Source: Nemertoderma westbladi (Eukaryota > Animalia > Xenacoelomorpha). From it: 60,459 nucleotides of DNA. A program made the position numbers and the translations under genes. Location of the stretch: contig JAUCBJ010006862.1 of the NCBI GenBank assembly GCA_032718475.1, positions 1-60,459 of the forward strand, written 5' to 3'. Shown here piece by piece: positions 38,578 to 49,622 of the stretch (positions are counted from its first letter, which is position 1; each line of letters opens with the position of its first letter). The notes under the pieces are model-generated. The model saw nothing but the letters and a program-made list of their open reading frames with translations. It was not told where the DNA came from and did not search any database.

Positions 38578-39267
38578 AATAACGTACTTTCTGCCACTAA
38601 AATAGTGGTAGAAAGTAATAATAGTGCGCGAAAGCTCTACTTTCTTGCACTATTTTCTACAAAATTTAGTGAAAAAAGTGGATTTATCAGATAAAAGTAA
38701 TTATTTAACAATAAAGTTATTGGACTATCTGTAACAGTTTAAACGTAAATAAGATGTAAAATAATTTCAACATAATTTTCAAAAGAGGGAAATACTTGAA
38801 TACAGTAAAACTTAACGTGAAATACAGTATAATACAAATACTTTTCGTTGCTTTACTTTAACTCCACGTTTTCGCTAATGTATTGCTTTAAACATTAGTT
38901 TATTATTTTGATCAATTATACATCATATGATGTAAATATACATTCTGTAATAAATTTTAATTTTATAGTCAAATGTAATTTTATTCCTAAAAATTGCCAT
39001 TTTGCAGCTTGAAAATTGAAGTCATTTTCTATGGGACGCTTTATATCACTCAGGGATTTTCAGTAATTATATTATTCTACAAAAAGAAAGTAACATAATA
39101 AAATATAGGCATACTCTCGTAAGAAACTGCGCACTGATTAAAATATATTAAAAAAATAGTTTCAATAAGTTATACCATGTACAGTATAATACGAGTATAA
39201 GCAAGTAATACACTCATTTGTAACATACCAATCAATGCATGCCACGCCGGCTCGAGTGGGAATATAT

Positions 39268-39853
39268 AATAGGCCTGCACGAACCAGCGTATGCGAGTGA
39301 GAGAAATATGGAACGAGAGCCAGATAGTGGAATAGGCCTACACGAACCAGCGTATATGCGAGTGAGAGAAATATGGAACGAGAGCCAGATAGTGGAATAG
39401 GCCTGCACGAACCAGCGTATATGCGAGTGAGATAAATATGGAACGAGAGCCAGATAGTGGAATAGGCCTGCACGAACCAGCGTATATGCGAGTGAGATAA
39501 ATATGGAACGAGAGCCAGATAGTGGAATAGGCCTACACGAACCAGCGTATGCGAGTGAGATAAATATGGAACGAGAGCCAGTAGTGGAATAGGCCTACAC
39601 GAACCAGCGTATGCGAGTGAGAGAAATATGGAACGAGAGCCAGATAGTGGAATAGGCCTACACGAACCAGCGTATATGCTTGTGAGAGAAATATGGAACG
39701 AGAGCCAGTAGTGGAATAGGCCTACACGAACCAGCGTATGCGAGTGAGAGAAATATGGAACGAGAGCCAGATAGTGGAATAGGCCTACACGAACCAGCGT
39801 ATATGCTTGTGAGAGAAATATGGAACGAGAGCCAGATAGTGAAATAGGCCTAC
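39268..39853. repeat. 62-65-bp minisatellite, about 9 copies
   Basis: AATAGGCC(T)RCACGAACCAGCGTAT...GAGAGCCAGATAGTGG starts at 39268, 39331, 39396, 39461, 39526, 39588, 39651, 39715, 39778. Confidence 0.95.
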
Positions 39854-41599
39854 AAGTACTTTCAAATATGTCGTTTTATTTTAAAGTTTCGAAGTTTTAT
39901 TAATTACAAATGACATATTATATTGGAACCAGCAACGTACCTTACGGTTGCGGTAACAACCTATGTACAGTACAGTAGCTTGTGTTGCCTGAAGCCTAAA
40001 CGCTGCAGCCATTCATTATCATTCAGAAGGTAGTGACAGAATGAATGACACCAGTACCTTACGACCTTAGGACATACGTAGCTTGTGATGTCTGAATCTG
40101 TGATGAATGGCTTAATGTTAAGCCTACGTCGCTACCTCAGCGCAACCGTATAGAATATGATACAATCATACTGAAATAATACTGTTACTTTAGTTCACGC
40201 TGTGATATATAGCACCCCATAGCCCATCTTTGGGTTTACTTTATTTCACGGCGTACTTCACGCCAACTTGAAAATAAAATATTTAGTTTAAAAAAAAAGT
40301 TTAAAAAATTAATATCTAGTATTGTTTAGTATTCTAGTAAATTGTAAATAAATAAATGAAAAATAAATAAATAAAATAAAATGAATAAATTATATGGAAG
40401 CCCTTTCTCTGCCCAGCACATTCACTTCCACTGCGACTCTTCTTTTCCACACTTCTTGCACTCGGCTACCACACAGACAGCAGCTATTCAGCTAGCCACA
40501 CAACCAATATAATAATCAACCCACCTTCATCGTATTGGCTGTATGGCTAGCTGCATAGTAGCCTAGGGTAGCCGAGTCGATATGTTACTCCTTGCTTATG
40601 ACAATAATGGTTCCACCTCATGTTAAATAATTACATATTCTGCAATAAATATTTACACAACATTATTGGCATCTGTTATCCGTTGACTACCGTTGCCTGA
40701 TGTACACATGAGATTGCCTAGTAACTTAAAATTGTATCATTATAAACTTTATTTATTTGAAATTTTATTGAAATTTATTTAATAAAGATATATTGTAGAT
40801 TTATTTCCTTATAATTCTTTGACAATGTATCTTGACAAGATATCGCTGCTGGGTTGTTTCCCTACAGTATAGAATGGATGAGAAAGATAAGGTGTCGATT
40901 TTGGATTCATCCAATTAATCAGAAAAGAGGAACGCATTGAGTTATAGGTAATCATTACTATAGTTAGTAATAAGTTCTTCAATTATAATGTCAGTTCAAT
41001 ATTACAAATAGTTCTGAAATTGGCAATATATCAGAATTGCTACTTTATACAAACATACATATGGAATTCCATCATCTTTAAAAAAAAAATAGAACATTAT
41101 ATCACACTGCGATTTGAAAGATGATTGATGAGAGATGAAAGACCTTTTGTGAATGCCTCCATAGACGGCAGTGTTTTCTAAAAATATAATTAGAATGATA
41201 GATGGGTGATGGAAGCTCATGTGTGCATCGGGCCTAAGGGCCATTCTATTTCGTTTCAATGGCACTCTAATAATGGTGCTATATGTGAGATATAAATATT
41301 TATTAAACAGTCAGAAATAAATAAATAAATGAGGTTTTTATCAGTTAGATAATGTTCGGTAAATTTCTCCCAACTCAACGGCAACCCGGCAGCTGCCTCT
41401 GTTGACCCCCCCCCCCCCCCCCCCCCCATAATCCGTCCCTGCATTGGTATTGCTCACTAAGGCACAGATAGTCCTGACTCAAGCGGTCTTTAGTGGCCGA
41501 GAATGCAGTTAAGGCTGCATGCTGCATCTAGGTCCCTAAACAGGGAGTACTCTCTGAACAGGGGAATAATCTACAGGAGTTTATAAAACCAACAGGTTG

Positions 41600-43205
41600 A
41601 TGTCATCAAGGATGCCGATGAGAGCAGCAGCAGGCTATCATCCCTTGTCTGGTATGGAAATTGATCAACTCGCTGATTGGGAGGAAAAGCCAACCAACCA
41701 CCGAGGTCAAGGCAGCATTACCAGCCTATCGCCTTAATGATTGGAAGGCCCACTGGAAGCTCCTGAATAATGACAGGGTATTACTAACTTTGTAATTCCC
41801 ACTATCTTCTTTGCTAAAGTCAAGGCTGCTGCAAAGAGCTTTAAGAACAATCGTGTCCCCCCTGTGGGGCAAGTGTTTGGAGAACAGTGTTTGGAGCTCA
41901 TTCACCCAATCAAAATATCATGTACAGAACGAAGATAGTACCACAAGGAATGAAAACAAATAAGTTGGTGCCATCAGTTCCCAAGAAGGGCAACCTAACA
42001 CTCTATGGTTCTTTTCGGGAAATCTCATTGATCTCGATTGCTGCAAAGCTATACAATATAATTCAATTAAATCGCACAGGGATCCCATTGTGAGACTGCT
42101 ATGCGGAAATCAGAATGGGTTCTGTAAAGGTCGTGGGACCATGGAGCTCATTATTGCGCTTTGAAGGATAATTGAAGAGTTTTCAGAAAAGAAAGAGAGA
42201 CTCTACAATTGAAGGCGACACAGATCGATTCGAAGTGTTATGGTGAGTCCTCCGGGGTGACACACTTGCACCGTTCTTATTCAAAATTATGGTTGACTAT
42301 TCTACGCATGACCTTAGATTATCATAATGAAAATGGGGTGATGGTAACACCACCCACCAACTGACTCAAGTCGGGAAAATCCACCCAAGTACCTAACTGA
42401 TCTAGACTTTGCTGATGACTTAGGAGTACTCTCAGAATCACTAGAAGGAGCCCAACCGCTTCTCAGCTCATTAGTAGAGGTTGCTTCCAGTGTTGGTCTT
42501 TTTATTAACTCCAAGATGATCAAAATTGTGACAGTTAACATTAAAAGTCCTCAAGAAATGTCTGATCGGATCGTATGAGCATAAGCTCAAAGGATGGTGT
42601 GCTGGGCATGTGGACGACTTCTGTTACCTGGTATAGATACGGGAGTCAGATGAGGACCTTCTACTGTATGTAATACGTAAGCAGCATTAAATGTGCAGTC
42701 CAGGATTTAGAAGTCACACAGAATACGTCGGAAATTTAAGGTTTGATTATTTAGAGCAGCAGTAGAACCAGTACTCCTTTATGTGAGCCCGTGCTGGGTT
42801 CTAATTTAGGACACAAAATCTCTTGATGGCATATACACAAGAATGCTACTGTACGACGTATTCACACGTATTCACAAACATTATACAGTAGTGGAGGTGT
42901 ATCAATGGTCCCTCCAAGCTTTGACACTTGAACAGACCCGCCACCGCTTTGCAGGACATTGACATTTTCGCTGTGAGACCAGCCTGTGCATAATCTTGTG
43001 CTTTGGCAGTCTCGTGGAGAAAATAAGCATGGTGGACACTGGACAGCCCATGACTTTCTTGAGTGAGACGCCTCTTAAAGGACACTGGCCTTGAAGATGC
43101 GGATAATCGCGCGACAGTCATGGAGTTTTGGCGACGCAATTTTGTCGATAACCCGGTATATAGCATTCTTAGTGCAAGCTGTATTGCAGCGTGCCGATTG
43201 TGATT
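41600..43205 (+). mobile_element. Heavily decayed RTE-like LINE
   Basis: PKKGNLTLYGSFREISLISIAAKLYN, GATCTAGACTTTGCTGATGAC (DLDFADD), 3' end matching the other copies; many indels. Confidence 0.85.
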
Positions 43206-43333
43206 GTATTGTGGCAGCACAATTTAGTTGTTAAGCGGGTATAGTTGCAATCCAGCATGCCAATTATATAAGCTAGGTGTGTCATCCATCAGCTACACAC
43301 ACATGGATGGATTACTGGTGTCTGTCTAATAAT

Positions 43334-43622
43334 GGGTGAGTACCAAGGACTACTATACTACTGTAGTATAGTAGTCCTTGGTGAGTACAAAACAAAGACC
43401 AAAGACGATTTTACTGCCCGTTCTGTACAAAACAAAGAAGTAAAGTCGCGTTAAGTCCTAAAGAGCGTTACGTCCCATTGCCATTTAAAGGAGCAGGTTA
43501 GTAAATGAGCAGGTTACAGATGCGTGTTGGGGAACCAAAACAATAAACGAAAGTTAACACATGTTACAAGATTATGCAAGTCTTTATAACAGTATAATTG
43601 TGCCTTTGTTTTGTACTCATCC
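43334..43622. mobile_element. Mutator-like MITE with 10-bp TSD
   Basis: GTCTAATAAT at 43324-43333 and 43623-43632; TIRs GG(G/A)TGAGTACAAAACAAAG, left one interrupted by a 37-bp insert. Confidence 0.75.
43344..43380. mobile_element. 37-bp palindromic insert with 8-bp TSD (P-element-like footprint)
   Basis: CAAGGACTACTATACTAC-T-GTAGTATAGTAGTCCTTG flanked by GTGAGTAC at 43336-43343 and 43381-43388. Confidence 0.7.
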
Positions 43623-43839
43623 GTCTAATAATGTAGTCTCTGGCCTCTACTCTGCTTAGGAGGGATAGGGATATTGTATTATAGTCACGTAGGAAGTTAG
43701 GTTCCCACCGATTTTATATGGTAAAAAAATCACTAAAATCAAACAGTCAAAGGCTCACACTAAACTGCTAAACCGTAAACGCAGACTGTCTACTGGATAA
43801 TTCCAATAATAAATAACCAATTAACCAACAATCACCGCA

Positions 43840-45342
43840 ATGGTGCTACATCGCTACAGGTGCCACAACTTCCTCCGTTTAGTTCTAATCGTTTCTGTTT
43901 GTTGGAATTCCCTTCTTATATTTCTACACCATTGGGGATGGCCGCCAGAAACGTTGCAATTAACAGCGGAACGGGATGCCTTAATCGAGGCCGCGTCCCA
44001 CCTGCAGCAGGAACTCGTACAGACCTCGCGATGCGACCACATCGTACCAGCGGTCTCCCGGAAATTCATAGAGAAAATTTGCCAGACCGGTCTGAAGAAC
44101 GAGTACGGGCCCGACCCATCCAATATGTTCTGTTCCACGTCGTCCAAGGATATGTACACCGACGCGAGTAGGTTGCGAGTGCTCGGAATACCTCGGCACA
44201 AACGCCACTTCCTGAGCGTGGCCGTGTTAATAAACAGTGACAGCACCCCAACCCGCGAGATTCTAACCAACGTATTCGCGACGGTTGACTCCTTAATATC
44301 TAATAGCAGTGAGCAGGACATCCTAGACGTAACAGTGGTTTTAGTTCTAACCTTCAAGGAAAACAGTGACGTCCAGAGTCGTGTTATCGACTCTGTTAAA
44401 CAGAGGTACCTTCTGCAACTAGGTCTGGGTTTCTTCCACGTGTTATACATCCCGGAGACGCATTACGATAAGGGGGATAGTAAGTGCGGTACCCGGTGCG
44501 TTACGCTGGGTTGGGTGGCGTTGTACACCTCGGCGTACAGCGAGTACCTCGCGGTGGTGCAACCGGGGTTGGTCACGGTGCCGGGGTACCGAGAACGGAT
44601 CGCCGACGCGGTACGCGAACACGGGGAGGGGGGCCAGTGGTCCGTGGTCGAGATGTCGCCACTCTACCGGGCTGCAGACCTACTGCCGACGGCCCGGGCC
44701 CCCAGACTCGCACACTTTATGGGCCGCTTGCACCGCGTACAGGACTACTCAACGCTCGTCTCTTATTTCGCGAGCGCACATGCGCAGAGAAAGCGGTTGA
44801 TCTGCCTACCTCCTGTGTTTGTCGGCTCGTCCGAATGCAAACGATGTCCGACGCCGTCGGAAATGGACATCCACCCAGACGCTCTCCTCTATAAGAACCC
44901 CAGAAACCCTCCCGCCGCCATCGATACAACGATAGCCGCTAGAGGCGTATACGAAGCCGTTCTAGCGTACCAAAGCTACGGTTTCTTCTACGCCGAAGGG
45001 CCTATAGTCGGCAACGACGAATTAAAGATAGTGTTCAATAACTCCAGGGAGTACGTAGACCGTGTTACCATAGAGACGGGATCTCCAAGCCAGACCAACC
45101 TCACGTTGGATAGCGCTGTGCTTCAGGGCACAGTGCGGACTACCACCAGTGTGAAACAGGGCAACAAACACAAGTGTCAGGGTTTCGAGACGATTGGTAC
45201 GTTCAATGGGGGGCGTCTGGACGCCACGCAGATACGGAAGCAGTTCCCTTATGGGTTGAAATGTTTACGGATACTCGTTAAGGATATGCAATGGGGGGCC
45301 GCGGTCATATATAAGATAGAGATAATATCTAAAGATAGTTAA
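43840..45342 (+). CDS. MGAT4C-like (GT54 family) type II membrane protein, catalytic motif degenerate, single exon
   Basis: N-terminal TM; FLSVAV, TVDSLI, WSVVEMS, PRLAHF, NPPAAIDT, IVF..VDRVTIETGS, LKCLRILV match the MGAT4 layout including the C-terminal domain. Confidence 0.8.
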   Translation: MVLHRYRCHNFLRLVLIVSVCWNSLLIFLHHWGWPPETLQLTAERDALIEAASHLQQELVQTSRCDHIVPAVSRKFIEKICQTGLKNEYGPDPSNMFCSTSSKDMYTDASRLRVLGIPRHKRHFLSVAVLINSDSTPTREILTNVFATVDSLISNSSEQDILDVTVVLVLTFKENSDVQSRVIDSVKQRYLLQLGLGFFHVLYIPETHYDKGDSKCGTRCVTLGWVALYTSAYSEYLAVVQPGLVTVPGYRERIADAVREHGEGGQWSVVEMSPLYRAADLLPTARAPRLAHFMGRLHRVQDYSTLVSYFASAHAQRKRLICLPPVFVGSSECKRCPTPSEMDIHPDALLYKNPRNPPAAIDTTIAARGVYEAVLAYQSYGFFYAEGPIVGNDELKIVFNNSREYVDRVTIETGSPSQTNLTLDSAVLQGTVRTTTSVKQGNKHKCQGFETIGTFNGGRLDATQIRKQFPYGLKCLRILVKDMQWGAAVIYKIEIISKDS

Positions 45343-46658
45343 TGCAATACGGTGAAATAATATTTATTTTATTTAATTGTTATGCGAATGTCGATAAAAA
45401 ACTACAACTATCAGGAATTAATTAAACGTTAATTTCTGAATTTAACTCAATTCTAACTCGAGATTCTTGACTGTGAAATTGGCGGTCGGAATTAATTTAC
45501 CTTCTAAATTATTTGTTCAATTACCGGTAATAGTTTAATGTCTTTCCTATACATGCAATCATATTTACCCGCCGCATATAATAATTTATAAGTAAAAATT
45601 ATTATAATAAAAACGTATAATTATAAATTAAATATATATTCTATTGTTTTTCCGTACTTAATGTTTGCAATTAGAAATCCATCTATGCTTTTTGGTTCAT
45701 TTACAGGTCGTGGATATTTGCTAATTATGATACTTAAATCATGCGGAAAAAATAGTTTTCCAAATTAAATGCTATTATTAACTATATATTAAATGTTATT
45801 TATTACTGTACTAAAATCTTGTAACTACGGAGTACTGACTGACCTACAGCAAATCGGCAATAACAATTTATAAGAATATTTCTCAATGGCCATATACAGC
45901 GATTCTAATATCACAGGTATTTTTCGTGAAAACGAAATGTGCCAAGTGGAACAAGTTTGACAGAAATGCTATATTAGTTGGGTACTATAGGTTGTTGAGG
46001 GTCGATTGAACGCGGTTTCAAATGGCCTTATCGCATAGCAGTGCCACATTATTGTTTAACGTGATAGTTGCACGACTAGATCATGGCACAGCCTCTATAG
46101 TAACAACCAACCCCCAGACAAAATGCATGTAAATCAATTAATTATTATCATCCAAGGTTTCACCCCCCCTGATTTGCAGGAAATTAGAGCCGTGGTTAAA
46201 ATGAAATTCACCAATTCAATAACTTTCTTAATAATATTGTTTTGTCCTTAAAACAGAACGTATCTTAAATTATCGTTATTAATCTACGAATTAAAGGCTC
46301 GTTAATATAGCATAACATTATAAAATGGAGTAAGAAGTAAGGAAATACACAAATTATGATGAGACAGCTTTCCGATACGTAATTCAAAGATAACGAATCA
46401 ATATTGCCCAGGCCCACACAACATCTCAATAAGATTCATAATGTCATTAGAAACAATTCAGTAACTTTGGTACCATTACAAATAAATGTATTTTTAGTGA
46501 CACAAATAATTGTGTCTTTAAAAAAGAGAAAGTTAAATTTAAATTGTATGTAATGTTTGTCGATGTAAATACCAAATAACATAATGCACATGTCAGTAAA
46601 TACGTCATTAATTAGCCAACTAAACTAAAAGTAGACCGTAGTACCAGTGTATTATGTA

Positions 46659-47294
46659 TCACCGTAATTGATCCTTAGACTTTCTAACTTTGTCGCGTTT
46701 TCTAACAATAAGTTGTTTTAATCTATCTTTAGGATGATGGTTAGGGACATCTTTGAAATTCCCGGATGTGGGATCAACCACAGAAGATGGTTTGTTTAAC
46801 AATCCATTCACTGTTGTTGGTGAGGTATCCATCGGTACTGATTCACTTTGAGTCCCAACACCGTCCCCATTCCCATTGGCTCGGCGTAGTTCATCTTTAA
46901 TCTCGTTTCTACTTTGTCCCGCGGCCGTAAGATTATGTGATATGAACCGTTTGGCCGCGTCCACGTCTAACTTCGGCCGAGGTTCGCTTACTCGTTCGAT
47001 ATCCTTTATGAATCTCATGTATTTTCTGACTCGATTTAACTCATCCTTTATGCGATGGTCCTTCGGGGAGACCCCCTTGCTGACCATATAGACCCAGAAT
47101 AAACTGTTGGCCGCGTACATTGAGAACAAATGCAGTTTGGCTCTATCTTTAGAGTCGGGTAAGGTGTCCTCCATAACACTTCTTGTTTGATTAAAAAAAG
47201 GTGCCAAATGCGACTCAACAGCGGAAAGTTGATCCAAAAAGTTTTGGGTTGCATCCTGAATCTCTTCTGGAAGGTCAGCTATGTTGGAATCCAT
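46659..47294 (-). CDS. C1D: C1D/Rrp47 nuclear nucleic acid-binding exosome cofactor with C-terminal extension
   Basis: RAKLHL..YAANSLFWVYM..KGVSPKDHRIKDELNRVRKYM, KLDVDAAKRFISHNL. Confidence 0.92.
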   Translation of the reverse strand: MDSNIADLPEEIQDATQNFLDQLSAVESHLAPFFNQTRSVMEDTLPDSKDRAKLHLFSMYAANSLFWVYMVSKGVSPKDHRIKDELNRVRKYMRFIKDIERVSEPRPKLDVDAAKRFISHNLTAAGQSRNEIKDELRRANGNGDGVGTQSESVPMDTSPTTVNGLLNKPSSVVDPTSGNFKDVPNHHPKDRLKQLIVRKRDKVRKSKDQLR

Positions 47295-47343
47295 ATTTAA
47301 AGTTGAAATTATAGGAAATAATTAAAAGTAGAATATCGTAAAT

Positions 47344-48135
47344 TTAAGGGAAACCTTTAATAACTTGAGTCATAGAAAACCACAAACAATCTGAGTGTTG
47401 TTCTTGACTTCCGGTACCGTTATTGATATTCAATTTGGATAGAGATAGTTCTATGTTGTTTGAGTCTATTTGACGTTGATGAGGACAACGCTGAGTGTAT
47501 AGGGGAAGATTTATAGTGAAGATGGGGCTTCGAGCGGGGAATTTCAAGTTATGCTGCGGTTGAAAATCGTTATGCTGTTGAAAGTCGACGCTTCTAGATG
47601 CCAAAATAAATATTCTGAGATTGGAATTACCGAGGTCGGCACCAGTTATAAACTGGAACTCATCCAATGCAACTTGCAAGAACAATTGTTTGAGACAATT
47701 CTTCGTCGATGCTATATCCTGCGCACAGTCTCGGCAGCATACAGATTTAGGGTTGTTGATAAGATAGACTGATTTCGGGTTCGTCCAACTAGACCCTAAT
47801 ACGAATGCGACAGATCGAATTTCGTCTCCTTCTCGAATAATTTGTTCCTCTAGTTCAGATGTGATCCGGTCGACAGTGTTTATAAGAGATTCTTTTATCG
47901 AGTTTAGGTCCTTCGACTTCTGACAAGCCGCCTTACACTTGTTGTCAATTGATCCTTCGGAGTTAGTCGTTTTTGTGAGGGCGGAAACTTTCAACTGCAC
48001 GTACGGTTCGTCGATCAGTCCTTTTAGATACAATAAGTTCTTTAGGAATTCAGTAACTAGTCTGGCTTTCGTGGTGTTGCGAATATAACTTGATATATCT
48101 AATGCAATCGTCTTACCGTGTAGAGCTACAGCCAT
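47344..48135 (-). CDS. MAD2L1BP: MAD2L1-binding protein (p31comet), divergent
   Basis: EFLKNLLY...PYVQL, FVLGSSWTNPKSVY, C-terminal LWFSMTQVIKGF; 263 aa. Confidence 0.78.
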   Translation of the reverse strand: MAVALHGKTIALDISSYIRNTTKARLVTEFLKNLLYLKGLIDEPYVQLKVSALTKTTNSEGSIDNKCKAACQKSKDLNSIKESLINTVDRITSELEEQIIREGDEIRSVAFVLGSSWTNPKSVYLINNPKSVCCRDCAQDIASTKNCLKQLFLQVALDEFQFITGADLGNSNLRIFILASRSVDFQQHNDFQPQHNLKFPARSPIFTINLPLYTQRCPHQRQIDSNNIELSLSKLNINNGTGSQEQHSDCLWFSMTQVIKGFP

Positions 48136-48236
48136 TAATCGATCGAAATAATTATGTTTAAGGTATCGTTATGATATATCATATCTCATATCATATCACA
48201 GATTGTAATTACAGTTAATCCACTTACTTACAGGGT

Positions 48237-48644
48237 TTATTTGTCAAGATTCGGAGGGTGGCTATATATATCACCTTTAATAAAATTTTGCCTCTGTTTG
48301 TGTCTACCGTGTTTCTCGCAGACTATATGATGCCGACCCTTAATGATTACGAGTTTACAGTAGCGACAACGTTTCTCCAATTTATCGACGTTTTTGAACC
48401 CACGACTTGGAATTTCAAGAAGCGACAGGTCTGATAAATTTATTGTTGATGAATTGCCTACCGGTAATAATAATGTCGGGGCTTTAACGTTATTCGCATA
48501 AATTTGGCGAGTATATGTTGAGTATAACGGTACGGTATGAACGCGGATAACCAAATTATTATAAAAATTTATGTTGATAGGAGGTCGGAAACTTGATAGT
48601 CCCACAGCAATATTTCGTGATAGTACGGTTAAAAATATATTCAT
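48237..48644 (-). CDS. MRPL36: Mitochondrial ribosomal protein bL36m
   Basis: Presequence-like N terminus then GFKNVDKLEKRCRYCKLVIIKGRHHIVCEKHGRHKQRQ. Confidence 0.92.
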   Translation of the reverse strand: MNIFLTVLSRNIAVGLSSFRPPININFYNNLVIRVHTVPLYSTYTRQIYANNVKAPTLLLPVGNSSTINLSDLSLLEIPSRGFKNVDKLEKRCRYCKLVIIKGRHHIVCEKHGRHKQRQNFIKGDIYSHPPNLDK

Positions 48645-49622
48645 TATTCCATTATAATAGTCTGATAGTACTGTACAGCCAGACAGCTGTAGTATTACAA
48701 CACAACCTAAATACAGAAATATATAAAAATGTAACAGTGTAAATATGTAGTAAAAGATAAATGAGTACCGGTAGACCTATAAAGTTCAAACTGACAAACA
48801 ATACAATTACTATTGAAGGAATAGCAGAATAGCCTCACAGTCTGCCAGTTTCTATTGCGTAGGCCTATTGTAGGCTTAGGCTATTCTTACGACGTATCCA
48901 GGTATCAGCTCAGCGTATGGCTGTATGCAGGTATGGCAGTATGGTGCCAAACTGCCAAATGGAGAAAAGCTTCCGAAAAAGGCAGAAAATCACCACCGTT
49001 AGCTACCGCTAAAATTAGGCCGCTACCATACACCTACACTGCAGCACTGATAAAATTACACTACACCCCACCGCCACCCCCCCCCCCCCCCCCCCTTCCC
49101 TCTCTCCTGTAGTCTGCAGTTTTGGGTCCCTCTACATTTACTACATTTAATATCATTACTACAATTAATACCAGTACACTACCAGTACGGTAACTGGCAA
49201 CTGACAAAGGAGCAGAAGGATGTAAACGCTACGCCTACATCTGTACACCAGTACACCACCTACCCTACCATGTACCATACTGCCATAATTATACTGTGTG
49301 AGTGTGACTGTATTATACTACAGTACCTGCAGTACTACATTCAGACAGTACAGTTGTAAATACTGAAATATGATAGGCCTAATTCTGTAATTGCTGAATT
49401 GTGATAAAGTAGTCCATATAAGTCGTTTTGTTTTATTCACTGTTCAACTTTCTCCTGTTTATTTATTATGTGCAGTTTTGTTTATACGCTTCTATGACAG
49501 AGGTGTCTTCACCCACATAATATAATAATAATAATGATAAAGGTAATTTATTAATTATGGTATTTTCAGAATTTTAGTACAGGTACCGGTTTTACATAGT
49601 TTATTGTTTTGCTCATGACATA

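Noticed and set aside
48642-48652. ATG-GAA-TAATG mini uORF overlapping the MRPL36 start, and TAATG at the MAD2L1BP start
   Set aside because: TAATG is expected often in such AT-rich leaders; no supporting reinitiation signal seen.
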